64,000 nt of DNA from Octopus sinensis. Lineage: Eukaryota. A program made the translations under genes and the position numbers. The notes beneath the pieces are model-generated. The model was not told where the DNA came from. It did not search any database and saw only the letters and a list, made by a program, of their open reading frames with translations. The stretch is from NCBI RefSeq assembly GCF_006345805.1, contig NC_042997.1, positions 16,244,001 to 16,308,000 of the forward strand, given 5' to 3'. Shown here one piece after another: positions 28,902-41,904 of this stretch (position 1 is its first letter; every line of letters begins with the position of its first letter).

Positions 28902-29100
28902 AATCAAAATAAGCAACAGGATATCGAGTAGTAATACAGTACGACCGTTTCAATCGACTCCATTTAATTGCATTGAAACGGTCGCACTACATTACTACTT
29001 GATATCCTGTTGCTTATTTTGATTTCATTCACCTTCGAGCTGTGCGGATAATACCGAACTGACTTGGTGCTTCAACTTAAGTACCTAATTCAACTGAATC
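28902..29100. repeat. Hairpin-headed dispersed repeat (53-bp arms 28902-28954 / 28972-29024); second copy at 38481-38680
   Basis: Arms are reverse complements with 4 mismatches. The same arms and downstream tail recur at 38481, and both copies start next to TA/CA microsatellite. Confidence 0.85.
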
Positions 29101-29112
29101 ATAATTATTTCT

Positions 29113-29288
29113 TGGCTGTGTGGTAAATAGCTTGCTTACCAACCACATGGTTCTGGGATTCAGTCCCACAGCGTGGCACCTTGGGCAAGTGTCTTCTACT
29201 ATAGTCTCGGGCCGACTTGCTCGACTAAAGGCGGTGCACCAGCATGGCCACAGTCACATGACTGAAACAAGTAAAAGAGTAAAAGAGT
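29113..29288 (+). mobile_element. SINE family B with internal deletion
   Basis: Head joined directly to the 3' tail at GGGCCGAC|TTGCTCGAC. Confidence 0.82.
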
Positions 29289-29659
29289 ATGTATGCATAT
29301 ATATATATATGTATGTATGTATATATATGTGTGTGTATGTGTGTATGTGTGCATGTGTGTGTGTGTGTGTGTGTGGTGTGTGTGTGTGTGTGTGTGTAGT
29401 TGCCCAATAAATTTTCATAATTCAGCAAAATGAAGAACTGAGTTATGTCCAATGATTGTTGATTTACCTCTCCACTTTTGGAAGGTTCTTCAGCATGAAA
29501 CTGCTAGGTAATATAAAGTGAATGTGAGACTGTTTTTATAACATTATGCGTCGGGGTGGGGGGGGGCTATGATGCGTGTGGGTATGATTGCGGGCAATAA
29601 AGAAATGTATATATGTATATATGTATGTAAGTATGTATGTGTGTGTGTGTGTGTGATAG

Positions 29660-30163
29660 GTTTATTCAACTTTAACCTTTTAAACCCAAATCAAGCGATA
29701 ACAAAGGAGATCTACTGCGAGCAGCTTGAGCGATAGAAGAAAAACGACCATCTTTGGTTTCAGGACGAAAGGTGCTCCTCTACCAGAATAATGCTTGGCC
29801 ACATACAGCAAGGATGTTATTTCAAAGGTTAAAGCATCTTGAATGGGAAACGATACCCCACCCAACATATTCGCCGGACATTGCCCTATCTGATTATCAT
29901 TTATTCCGCTGTCTTCAAAATCATTTGGACGGAAAAGATATGAATTCCGTAGACGAGGTCAGAACAGTACTGGAAGAATATTTCTCATTACGGGCAAGTG
30001 AATTTTGGAAGAGATGCCTTGCAAGTCAACCAGAGAGATGGAAGACCATTGTAGAAAATGAAGGAGAGTATATTTTGAATTTAAAAAGAACTTTGTTTAT
30101 CTTAATTTTGAAAAATAAAAGAAGTATTAAAAAAACTGCATTATTTATAGGTTGACCCAACTA
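29660..30163 (+). mobile_element. Mariner relic, C-terminal transposase + right TIR
   Basis: ORF 29754-30155 LLYQNNAWPHTAR..WETIPHPTYSPDIALSDYHLF..ERWKTIVENEGEY, ending TTATTTATAGGTTGACCCAA. Confidence 0.88.
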
Positions 30164-30329
30164 CACACGGGCTTCACGAAGATCGAACTTCACACATTCC
30201 ATCACACTTTCTTAAAATCACTTCGTCAATTTATCCTTTATTGTTCAATAGAAAGTTACTTCTAACATATTCTACTAATGAAAAGGCTTTGACGTATTCT
30301 AGTGTATACTAGTTCTAGCGTATACTCAT

Positions 30330-30718
30330 TCTGGTGTATACTCCTTCACTTGGTGTGATAAAAACACCTTTGACCAGTCACCTCCGAATATATCCCTTCC
30401 ATTTCATTAGACCATCACTTACCAAGTGCGGAAATATTTCCGGCTGCTTCAAAACTGCAAAGCTACTGACCCTGACAAGGTTATTGTCATTATATTCAAG
30501 CATTGTGTCCCAGAACTTGCTCCAATATTCATTAAACTCTTTAATCTCTCGCTCTCTACGGAGATATACCCTGACATTTGTAAACACACTTCCGAATGTC
30601 CCATTCCAAAGGAAGGTAGCCCTTCGACCCGCCCAACTATCGTCTCATTGCTTTCATCTCTAAGCTCTCTGAGGAGATTGAGACAGCCATTAACAATGAC
30701 GGTGTCCACCACCTTGAA

Positions 30719-30771
<53 letters not shown>

Positions 30772-31640
30772 ATGCCCATCAATACGGCTTCCACAGAGCT
30801 CGATCCCTTGGTGGCCTATGCCCTTGTGTCACTTATTAATGGATCTAGCTGTAGGTTATTTCGGGGAAAGAAATATTGTTACCCAAGATATTGGCAAAGC
30901 TTCAACGTGTCTGGCATACAAGTTGCCTATCAAAACTTTTCGTCTATAACATCCACCCATCGCACATCACTTGGATGGTAGCTTCATATTTGATTGTACC
31001 ATCACAGCATACGATGACGACACTTTTTCTTCCCATTCTAAATCAACGCTTATATTCCCCAGGGTTCGGTTTTTGTCCCTGTCACCACCACACTTTTCCT
31101 TCTATACATCAATAACCTACAGATTGTCACTTCCAACAACACCCACTCTTATACAGATAGCACGACTCTTTATTGTTCCTATCTTTCTTCAGCCATGCGT
31201 CATCCACAAGCAACCTAGATACTACACTTCAGGCTTATATTGATTCTATAAACGGAGTGCTTGAGAGCATCCATCGGTGGGATCATATCCACCTTGTATC
31301 TTTTGACAGCAAAAAATCTCAAGCACTTTTCATATCAAGAAAGTACACTGTACTAAATCCCTACTGACGATGGATGGCGCTCAGCTAAAGCCCTCACAGT
31401 CGCTCCAAATGCTAGGCCTTACTATCATCGAAGATTTCTTCTAGAGAAAGTACATCTTTAGCATAAGTAGGACCATAACCAATAGACTGCGCTCTTCTCA
31501 TCAGACCCAGAAGATATTTCAGTCCGCATAGTTGTTGACGTTCTATCAGGCTCAGTGAGGCCCACAATGGAGTACTGCTGTTACACGGGGTACATTGCTC
31601 CTCTACGCACCGATATATCATGGATTGCATTCAGAGAAGA
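30330..31640 (+). pseudogene. Non-LTR (CR1/Jockey-like) RT fragment, degraded
   Basis: KATDPDKVIVIIFKHCVPELAPIFIKLFNLSLST..PIPKEG, QRVWHTSCLSKL, LESIHRW...VSFDSKKSQ, RPTMEYCC. A (CT)n run lies inside. Confidence 0.8.
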
Positions 31641-31649
31641 GTCACTCAA

Positions 31650-31680
<31 letters not shown>

Positions 31681-31955
31681 TCTCCCCTTCTCTCTCTACT
31701 ATTTTTTTCTGTTTTTGTCATTTTGATATTTTCATTCTCCGTGCCAGATGATAACTGACTGTTAGCCCTCTTTCGCAAACTGGGCTGCCGAGGCAACTCT
31801 ATTAACTGCAAATTTCAAATTTCGAACTGGAAGCTGGAAGAAAAATCAAATATTTTCTCTCGTCTCCAGAAACTAATTTCTTTGAGATTTTTCTCAACTC
31901 ATCAGAAAAAATAACGTGGAGTTCTCATCTCAACAAATCTCAGGAAATCCTATAA

Positions 31956-32093
31956 ATGCTATTGAACGAGTATCCTAGACTCTCATACGATTACAGAAAC
32001 TATGAGTGGATTTGTGAACGTGCCGTTCAAGCTGCCCGAAATGACATTTTGCAGAATATAAATGTCATTATTTTTCAACAGACACCAGCATAA
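31956..32093 (+). pseudogene. Helitron helicase fragment in opposite orientation
   Basis: YPRLSYDYRNYEWICERAVQAARNDILQNINVII matches the Helitron VYP..NY.N..WL.ERAILAPKN..V..IN motif. Confidence 0.7.
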
Positions 32094-32229
32094 TCTTGAC
32101 GCGTTGCCAGATCAAATTGCAGTTGACGTTAACGCTTCTGCCAGTTATCCACAAAGTTCCGCAATTCTCTTCAGCCTACCGCTAGCCCTTCTCGTTATCC
32201 GCAACTAAAAGAAGGAACACCCATTAAGT

Positions 32230-33300
32230 CACTGCAAAATTTAGATGCACCAGAAACTCTTTAACAATGCAAGAATAGCTGACAAAACTCCCATACCATT
32301 TGTGTATCGAAGCAACCATTATGACTTATTGTGCCAATAAAGTCGTTTTCATTTCACGAATACTCTGCGTTCTATAAGATATACTGCTTGATGTGACTGG
32401 CAGAGTTTACCTAAAATCGTTAGAAAGCAAAGCTGTGACTCTGTCGATGACCTGTAGAGTCTGAGATCTTCTAACGTGCGATCAAGAGTGTCAAATGCAA
32501 GTTTGTGAGCCATTTTATACTCATCTCATGCTTTCAGGTTGGTTTGCTTCAGAACAGCTGTCTAGATCCTTTGCCAATATTTCACACAACACGCAGTACT
32601 GTCATTATCGATGAGGTTAACAGGTAGTTTAAGGTCAGAATGAACAATTCTACCTGTGAGTCAGGTTGCAGCAATTCAGATGCAGTCTCTGCAGTCTGCT
32701 TTATTGAAGGCTCTTTTATTAAATTTAAGTTTATTTAAAAAGCATCAAAAGAAACTATTTCTCTGGGATCAAGCATCACGATTATTTGATCCTAATATAA
32801 GCTTTTTGCATCTTGAACCTAAACTAATTCATTTTAGTGACAACCTTTTCCAATTATTAAATGCCATAGCTGGTTTCCCGAAGAATCTCTCGAAAAAGAG
32901 TTGCAGCTCCTGTTTGTTACTGAAGGTGATCATCCATGCTGCTCAAGAGCCTCGCCATCCACGAAGTGTGTAGTATTCTCAATGAGGTGCTTGGTTGTAC
33001 ATCGAAGATGCAAACTCTAGATGTGGGTTTATTTTACTCTTGGTGTACTTGATACATTATGAACTTTATCATGCTCTCTGGTTAATTCATGTTTGTGTTA
33101 TTGAAGATTGAATGATGAGCAGCCACTGAAAATGATAGCAAAGTGACTTCTCACCTTGCTCAGAGAATGCACCACTTCCAAAGTACTGTTCCAGCCTTGC
33201 ATCATCTTCTGAGAAACATTTTCTCTGGCAAGCCTTGTGGTATATTTCCTAGACATATAAAGCAACTGTCTTGAAATGATAATGGGCCATGAATATTATG
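32230..33300 (-). pseudogene. Helitron PIF1-like helicase fragment
   Basis: IAAT*LTGRIVHSDLKLPVNL, AVLKQTNLKA*DEYKMAHKLAFDTLDRTLEDL, LLSNDFR*TLPV. Confidence 0.85.
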
Positions 33301-34431
33301 CAGGAGTTATCAAAATTCCTCATTTAAAATTTTTCTCTTTTAAAAAGTCAGTCGGCAGTTTCAAATACCATAGACAATGAAAACAATTCCTTTATTATTT
33401 CAATGTTTAAACATGCTTATATTTGAAAAACATTTAGATATCATGCTCGATGAATCGAATTGTTAATTTCTATAAAATTTGAAATATATTCATACATTAA
33501 AAAAAATAGGACTGATCTATAGAGCATAAAACCTGAGTAGTTTAGAAATATAAACAAATTTAAATGTAATACAATGAGAGGATAAATTATTTTCTGTCTT
33601 CTACGATATTCGCAACTGTGTACTAACTTCGTTTTACATTGTGTTTGCCACCCACTAACATTATTAATAACCATTTAATAACATTCTCTGTGGTTTTGCT
33701 AAACGACTTCCTCCATAAAGTATGTACAACACCGCCAGCAACACCGACCAAACTTAATACACCTGTATCTCCGCTCCCAACGCCAACATATGACTGTCGT
33801 TATCACCATCACCGCACACCTACCTCGACTCTGTAGCTAGCGCGATTATCTTTTGATCTCTATAATGATTATAATAGTTGTGTTGCAGTTTACTTGAAAA
33901 TTTCGATGATTATATTTGATGCTTTGATTGTAATAAGTGGATAATTTTTAATTTATTTTATATAAAGAATTCAGGACCCGCTAGTTTTGATAACAATACT
34001 CGTTTAATGGCGTTATCCATGCTCGTAATAGGCAGTTTTCACTTAAGTCTTGTAATTTAAAAAACCTTGTTTGGTGGGTGGGTGGGCAAATTAAAGAGAA
34101 AATATCTGAAGTGAACAAAAAATTTTAAATAAGTTTTTTTATTTTTAATATTATATTTGAGAAGGAAAAATTCTTTTTACAAAAAGTATTCACCAAAGCT
34201 TGTTTAATTACATAATTAGGAAGTGGCAAGGTGTAGGGAAGAAAGACAGAAAAACCCGAGGAAGAAATTATTTTTAAATAAAGGGAGATCACTCTGAAGT
34301 CTTTACAACAAACGACTAGTATTTTTATCTTTCACCAGGCTGACCTAATGAGAAATAAGACCGTGAGTGAACAGACTTCTAATCAAGGACCGTCTCTTCA
34401 GCATTACGTGTCATTTTTTTAATGCAATACA

Positions 34432-35446
34432 GTATCCCTTTATTTTCAAAACACTAGAATGTATCCCTTTATTTTCAAAACACTAGAATGTATCCCTTTA
34501 TTCTCAAAACACTAGAATGTATCCCTTTATTTTCAAAATACTAGAATGTATCCCTTTATTTTCAAAACACTAGAATGTATCCCTTTATTTTCAAAACACT
34601 AGAATGTATCCCTTTATTTTCAAAATACTAGAATGTATCCCTTTATTTTCAAAACACTAGAATGTATCCCTTTATTTTCAAAATACTAGAATGTATCCCT
34701 TTATTTTCAAAACACTAGAATGTATCCCTTTATTTTCAAAACACTAGAATGTATCCCTTTATTTTCAAAACACTAGAATGTATCCCTTTATTTTCAAAAC
34801 ACTAGAATGTATCCCTTTATTTTCAAAACACTAGAATGTATCCCTTTATTTTCAAAACACTAGAATGTATCCCTTTATTTTCAAAACACTAGAATGTATC
34901 CCTTTATTTTCAAAACACTAGAATGTATCCCTTTATTTTCAAAACACTAGAATGTATCCCTTTATTTTCAAAACACTAGAATGTATCCCTTTATTCTCAA
35001 AACACTAGAATGTATCCTTTATTTTCAAAACACTAGAATGTATCCCTTTATTTTCAAAATACTAGAATGTATCCTTTATTTTCAAAACACTAGAATGTAT
35101 CCCTTTATTTTCAAAACACTAGAATGTATCCCTTTATTTTCAAAACACTAGAATGTATCCCTTTATTTTCAAAACACTAGAATGTATCCCTTTATTTTCA
35201 AAACACTAGAATGTATCCCTTATTTTCAAAACACTAGAATGTATCCCTTTATTTTCAAAACACTAGAATGTATCCCTTTATTTTCAAAACACTAGAATGT
35301 ATCCCTTTATTTTCAAAACACTAGAATGTATCCCTTTATTCTCAAAACACTAGAATGTATCCCTTTATTTTCAAAATACTAGAATGTATCCCTTTATTTT
35401 CAAAACACTAGAATGTATCCCTTTATTCTCAAAACACTAGAATGTA
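34432..35446 (+). repeat. Minisatellite, 29-bp unit GTATCCCTTTATTTTCAAAACACTAGAAT, ~35 copies
   Basis: Head-to-tail units with no spacers and a few recurrent variants (TTCTC, AATAC, 28-bp CCTTT). Confidence 0.97.
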
Positions 35447-35734
35447 ACAGGCTCCTTCACTATATACAAGCACTCTCATTCAAACACCCTTATTGCTTTT
35501 AAGAGTGATGCTGTTTCTGTTGCTGCTGTTTAATTCCGGGTGGAATGTCAATGAGAAGGAGATCGATTGCATTCTGGCTATGACTATCATACTTGTGACA
35601 CTATATGACAAACAACATTACCAATATGCCCTTCCTTCCATGGTAGAGCATGATTTGGGGGTGATTTAGCTGCTCTTTCTGGCTAACCGAGTAATCTTGA
35701 AAGGACCTCGTCATTTTCTCGAGTATTTGTATAT

Positions 35735-36093
35735 GGATGGAAGCACTCCGTCGGTTACGACGATGAGGGTTCCGGTTGATCCGAATCAACGGAACAGCCT
35801 GCTCGTGAAATTAACGTGTAAGTGGCTGAGCACTCCACAGACACGTGTACCCTCAACGTAGTTCTCGGGGATATTCAGCGTGACACAGAGAGTGACAAGG
35901 CTGGCCCTTTGAAATACAGGTACAACAGAAACAGGAAGTAAGAGTGAGAGAAAGTTGTGGTGAAAGAGTACAGCAGGGATCACCACCATCCCTGCCGGAG
36001 CCTCGTGGAGCTTTAGGTGTTTTTGCTCAATAAACACTCACAACGCCCGGTCTGGGAATCGAAACCGCGATCCTACGACCGCGAGTCCGCGAG
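35735..36093 (-). mobile_element. SINE family A, 5'-truncated
   Basis: Same body, lacks the A box; TTGTATAT repeated on both sides. Confidence 0.88.
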
Positions 36094-36338
36094 TTGTATA
36101 TATACGATAGGACACTATGGTTGACGATGTTGACGATGTTGGTAGTTATTGTAGACCACCTTGTGTCAACAAGTGAGCCACTAGGTAATCATTTGATTTT
36201 TTCCCCTCGAATCAGTCCCTACCGACCTATAATGTAGTCCTATATATGCATAAAACACAAGGCACTCATGGTTGGAACGCCTTTGATCATATCTGTCTGA
36301 TGAATTAGGATGACCTGGAACTAAACAAAATAAAAGCA

Positions 36339-36406
<68 letters not shown>

Positions 36407-36520
36407 ATTTAATTGTATATATTTTAATTGTTTGTTTATTCATATGTTTCGTCTCATTCGATACCCTGACCCCAACGTTTGTTTTGTCCCCTCTTTTTCT
36501 CAACCTTATGGTGAATAAAG

Positions 36521-36590
<70 letters not shown>

Positions 36591-37589
36591 CTGAGTCCAA
36601 AGCTCATTTGATGCCGGTTTAAACGACTATACCCGTAGCCTATATTTGTGACCCGGTGTCTGGTTAATAATTGAAACATATGTTGAATTTATCTAATCGA
36701 TTACCCAACAATGCTACAAATCTAGTGTTGACTTTGGGAATCAATATTATTTGTCAACATCCCACGTGATCAGCGTAAACGTGTGATCCTGGTGGAAAGT
36801 GTTCAACAGGCGATGTACAATTCATGGTTGTGACCATTTCGTTTCATTTTTGTCACTAATGCCTTTAGTGAGAGTGAAACATCACAACTCCTCCACCCAA
36901 AATATGAAGTCTAGTACCTTGTGCAACGGAAATATTAATACAAATAAATAAACGAACGAAAACAGAGAAACAGGGTGATTTCTTAATGTAAGGGAAGTAA
37001 CTCCAAAAGCTTTGCACGAACACTGATTACCGGAATGGGTTCCGTATTGGACGTGCTACGTTATTATTTATGGTTCAAATCCTATCAGTTATTGCTGACT
37101 TTTCTTTTTCTCTTTCTGTAAGTAGTAAGATATTACTCCAGTGAAATATTAAACCGATTATACCAAATAATTACTGCATAACATTGTTCCTTAGTATAAT
37201 GTAACGAGAAAGAAAACACACGGAAGAGTGTTAAATAAGGGAAGTAACTCAGGGCATTCCTTGAGCTCTGTAGAAGTGCTTACTGAATTTTAATTTATCA
37301 ATTCGTTTATGCCAGTAATGTTCTTAAAAATGATATAAGTGCTACAAATTTCGATGATGGTTGGAAATTCACAACATCCAGCAAAAATGAAAGAAATATC
37401 TTATTTCAAATAAATTATACAGTGTTGTAGAATGCCCAATTATGCCACATGGTACCCTTCTATTCCATACCAGTGGCGCTAAAAGTTTTCACACAAATGA
37501 CTAACGATTTTCTCCTTGAGAACCATTTTGATATTTTTGAAGCTGATATATTTTCAACTAAGATCATCCCATACGCTTCGCTGTAATTA

Positions 37590-38225
37590 CAGTGGAACAG
37601 CCGCTCTCCAGCTATCTATATAAAGCTGTTTATGGTTATAGGACTGCATTACCAGTCTGGAACCCCTATCATACTCAGGACATTGACTTCCTGGAAACTA
37701 TTCAGATACGTGCAGCCAAGCGAATACCCTCCACCAGGCATCTACCATGCTCTGAACGCCTTGCTTCCCTGGGCATAGGTACATTGAAGCTCCGACGTCT
37801 AGCAACTGACTTAGTAAACACCCACAAAATTATTAACTATCGCGCCTACAACCACCTCGAACACCTTTTTGAGCTCCACAAATCTGACATACATGTATAT
37901 GTCTACAAAGATAGGAAACAGAACAGCTCCCCTGATTTTCGGAAACATTTTTTACACTTAGACTTGCTGAAGCATGGAACAAACTATCTGCATCAGTTGT
38001 TAGTTGCCAAGACATTGCATCCTTTAAAACCTCCATGCTTCCTGAAATTCGCCAACACTACACCTGATATCCCCCCCCACTCCATACGCATGCACACATG
38101 TATATCATGACTCATACACCGTTCACTTTCTGACTTTTGTACATAATTCCATGTACTGTACATGCACCTTCGAAGAGTTGTAGTACACCTGAGCACTATA
38201 CACAAAAATTTCATCAATATTATTC
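37590..38225 (+). mobile_element. CR1-type LINE 3' end
   Basis: PVWNPYHTQDIDFLETIQIRAAKRIP..ERLASLG..TLKLRRLATDL plus 3' UTR. The same UTR recurs at 54855-55095. Confidence 0.82.
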
Positions 38226-38711
38226 TTATTTGAATTCAATTCTGCAAATTAACTACATGCCGATACCTGTTATCTTTTTCTTGTTTCAGTCATTGAACTG
38301 CGGCCATGCTAGGATATCGCATTCAAGGAATTTTAGCCAAACATATTCACCCCTAATTGTTTTCAAATTTCATAGATATTCTATGCATCCCTTTGTGGAA
38401 TGACGACATAAAAAAGTAACATCTGTTGTCAAGACACCACAGACGCGCACGCGCACACACATGCACACACATACATATATAATCAAAATAAGCAACTGGA
38501 TATGAAGTAGTAATACAGTACGACTGTAATTAAACGGAACAACTTGAAACGGTCGGACTACAATACTACATCATATCCTGTTGCTTAGTTGCTTATTTTG
38601 ATTTTATTCACTTTCGAGCTGTGCAGATAATACCGGACTGACTTGGTGCGTCGACTTAAATACCTAATTCAAATGAATCTCAATTATATATATGTATATA
38701 TATAACTATAT

Positions 38712-38792
<81 letters not shown>

Positions 38793-38912
38793 CATATATA
38801 TATATATACATATATATAATTTTAATCCAAACGGGAAAACAAAAAAAACAACAACAGTGGAACAATTACAGTATTATTATTAATAGGCGCTCAGGAAATA
38901 TGGAAGCAGGAA

Positions 38913-38950
38913 GGTATGACGTTTCGAGCGGAGCTCTTCGTCGGAAACAT
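38913..38950 (-). ncRNA. Minimal hammerhead-like motif (repeat ~38820-39120)
   Basis: Minus strand reads GTTT-CCGACGA-A-GAGC-TCC-GCTC-GAAAC-GTC-ATAC. Confidence 0.4.
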
Positions 38951-39158
38951 AAAGAAGGAAGAGAGAGGAAAGAAAAATCCCAAAGCGGGCAACAGGAGAT
39001 GGAGAAAAAAACGACTGGTGTTTACGAAGTATACATGGTGAAAGGCGGAAGTTTACGATAACAGAGCAAAGTAGGTTTTTAAAGCCAAAAGAGTGGAGAC
39101 AGGGTTGGTAACGCAACAGATGTGTGTGTATGTGTGAGTGTGTGCGGTGCGTGTATAT

Positions 39159-39221
<63 letters not shown>

Positions 39222-39316
39222 CACAACATATATATATATATATATAAATGTTACCTCGTGTGTACCGTTGGCGATTTTTTTCCTCTGTCTTCCTTCTCGG
39301 GATCTTTCCTTCTCCT

Positions 39317-39355
39317 ATGTTTCCGACGAAGAGCTCGGCTCGAAACGTTGAACCC
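39317..39355 (+). ncRNA. Minimal hammerhead-like motif (repeat ~39250-39455)
   Basis: GTTT-CCGACGA-A-GAGC-TCG-GCTC-GAAAC-GTT-GAAC. Confidence 0.42.
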
Positions 39356-39452
39356 TCCTTCTTCCCTTCTTTCCTGAGCGTCCAATAATACTATATTTGT
39401 TCCACGTCCTCGCGTTGTTGTGTTTTTTTTGTGTTTTCTTGTTTGGATTAAC

Positions 39453-39499
<47 letters not shown>

Positions 39500-39501
<2 letters not shown>

Positions 39502-39700
39502 TGTGTGTCTGTGTTTGTCCTTCCACCATCGCTTGACAACCGATTTTACGTCCCCGTAAATTAGCAGTTCGACAAAAGAGATGGATAGAATAAGTACTAG
39601 GCTTACAAAGAATAAGTCCTGGAATCGATTTGTTTGACTAAAGGCGGTGCTCCAGCATGGCCACAACCAAATGACTGAAACAAATAAAAGAATAAAATAA
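39500..39700 (+). mobile_element. SINE family B, 3' half
   Basis: CATCGCTTGACAACCG...GACTGAAACAAATAAAAGAAT. Confidence 0.82.
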
Positions 39701-40890
39701 TATATAGAGAGTGGGGGGGAGAGACTGAGTGTGTGTGATGAAGTAAGGGAGAAACACAGAGTAAATATATGAGACTGACTGTCCAATACTTCTAAAATAA
39801 TATCAGTTTAATATTGTCATATAAAATCAGCAGCAAAGAATCTATGTGGACGCTTGGCATACTGTGAATATATATATATAGAAAGGGCGAGAGAGAGAGA
39901 GAGAGAGAGAGGGAGACCAAAGTGTACGTACACCGCTATATATGTATATAAAAATATACAAAATGGGACAAGAACGCGTAACATCCAGACAGACGATACA
40001 AAGAAAACAAGGACAGGTCATTCGGAGTTTTCTTTCCTCAGTCGAGTTCCAGATTATCTTTGCAATTTCGGCTGGTTATACTCGAGATTGCTCCAATCTG
40101 GCCAGCCCCAAGGAAAAATAAGCTAAGAGCATTAGATTCCTTGGAAGAAAGCAGCGAAAGTATACGAAAACAAGGACGGAAAAAACGGATAAAGTTACAC
40201 AAATATAAATAACAGGACATAACAACAGGTGTCTTTCGACTAAGGACGAATTAAATTAAGCTGGCGTGTGTGGGAGTAAAGCCTTACGGCAGGGATACTA
40301 GATTTCACAGGGTGGCGTACGTACTCTAGCATGGGTTAGGTGATTTTAATAAGATTCAATGAACCAGAAGACTTAGTTGAGCTCCTGTGTCTGCTTAGGC
40401 ATGATAGGTACGGCTGGATGCTCTTCTTAACGTCAACAACTTTACTAGGTGTATTGGCTGCATCTTTTTTTTTTACTATATATATTTTAATCTATGCCAC
40501 ATAACTCGTGAAGGTTTGTAGAAAAACGAAATGCGGATAATTCATGGGTATAGCAGCTCTGAGTATTTAACCTGTACAACGTACACGACATACATACATA
40601 CATACTCCTATTTAGGTTACACTATTGGGTTGTTGTCTTAATACGTCGCCCGGTGTTAAATTCTTATCCGATATTAGATATCTTCAGATGAGTCCTTTCT
40701 GTTTCAAAATTCAGGCCAGATTTCTGTATGCTGTTCTTGTTCCTCTAACTTAAGCCAATGATTTTTTCCATATATATAACTTAAAATAACAAGGGTGAAA
40801 AATTTGAATATTAATTTGATAAATATCAATTTAAAACCAGTTCTCTAGCATATTGAAAAATCTGAAGTTTCAGAAAAAATTATATTACAT

Positions 40891-41194
<304 letters not shown>

Positions 41195-41904
41195 TGTCAC
41201 AATTATTCGGTTGCCATAATAAGACTCCAAGTCGGGGCGGAAACCTGCTCCGGCATATAAAAATAACTGTTAAATAAGGGAAAAAAACCGAAGGGGAGGA
41301 AGTACAAAGTAAAAATGCTCATACCAATTGCGTATGCGCGCATGTACATACATACACATGCGCGCATGTACACCCACGTACATGTGCATATATGCATTAT
41401 GCTCACTCACACTCGCATGAAACACATACATGCGCCAATAGATGCACATATATATGCAACCATGCATGTACACGTATAGATATCCACATACACACGCGCG
41501 CACGCACACACACACACACGTGCACATACCCATACGCGCTGTCTAAAAATACGCACATGCTATATATGCATATACTCACTCACACTCGCGTAAGACATGC
41601 ATGTACACCCACATATATATGCAAGCATACACATGTACATATACATGTACATATACACATACCCGCACACACGCACACGCACGCACGCACACACACACAC
41701 ACACACACACAAAAGTTCATATACACGTCTATACACGCATATGCACAAGGAAAATGCATACAGAAAAAATATCTAAAAATATTTAAAGCAATAAAAATAT
41801 ATCCATAAATATGTAAAAACGATAACTAAAGAATATATAAAAAGTATAGGCAGATAAAATGCTTGTACATGGACACAATATAAAAAGCAGGTTCTATCTG
41901 TGAT

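Noticed and set aside
34432-35446. 29-bp repeat array as CRISPR
   Set aside because: No spacers, no cas genes, eukaryotic context.
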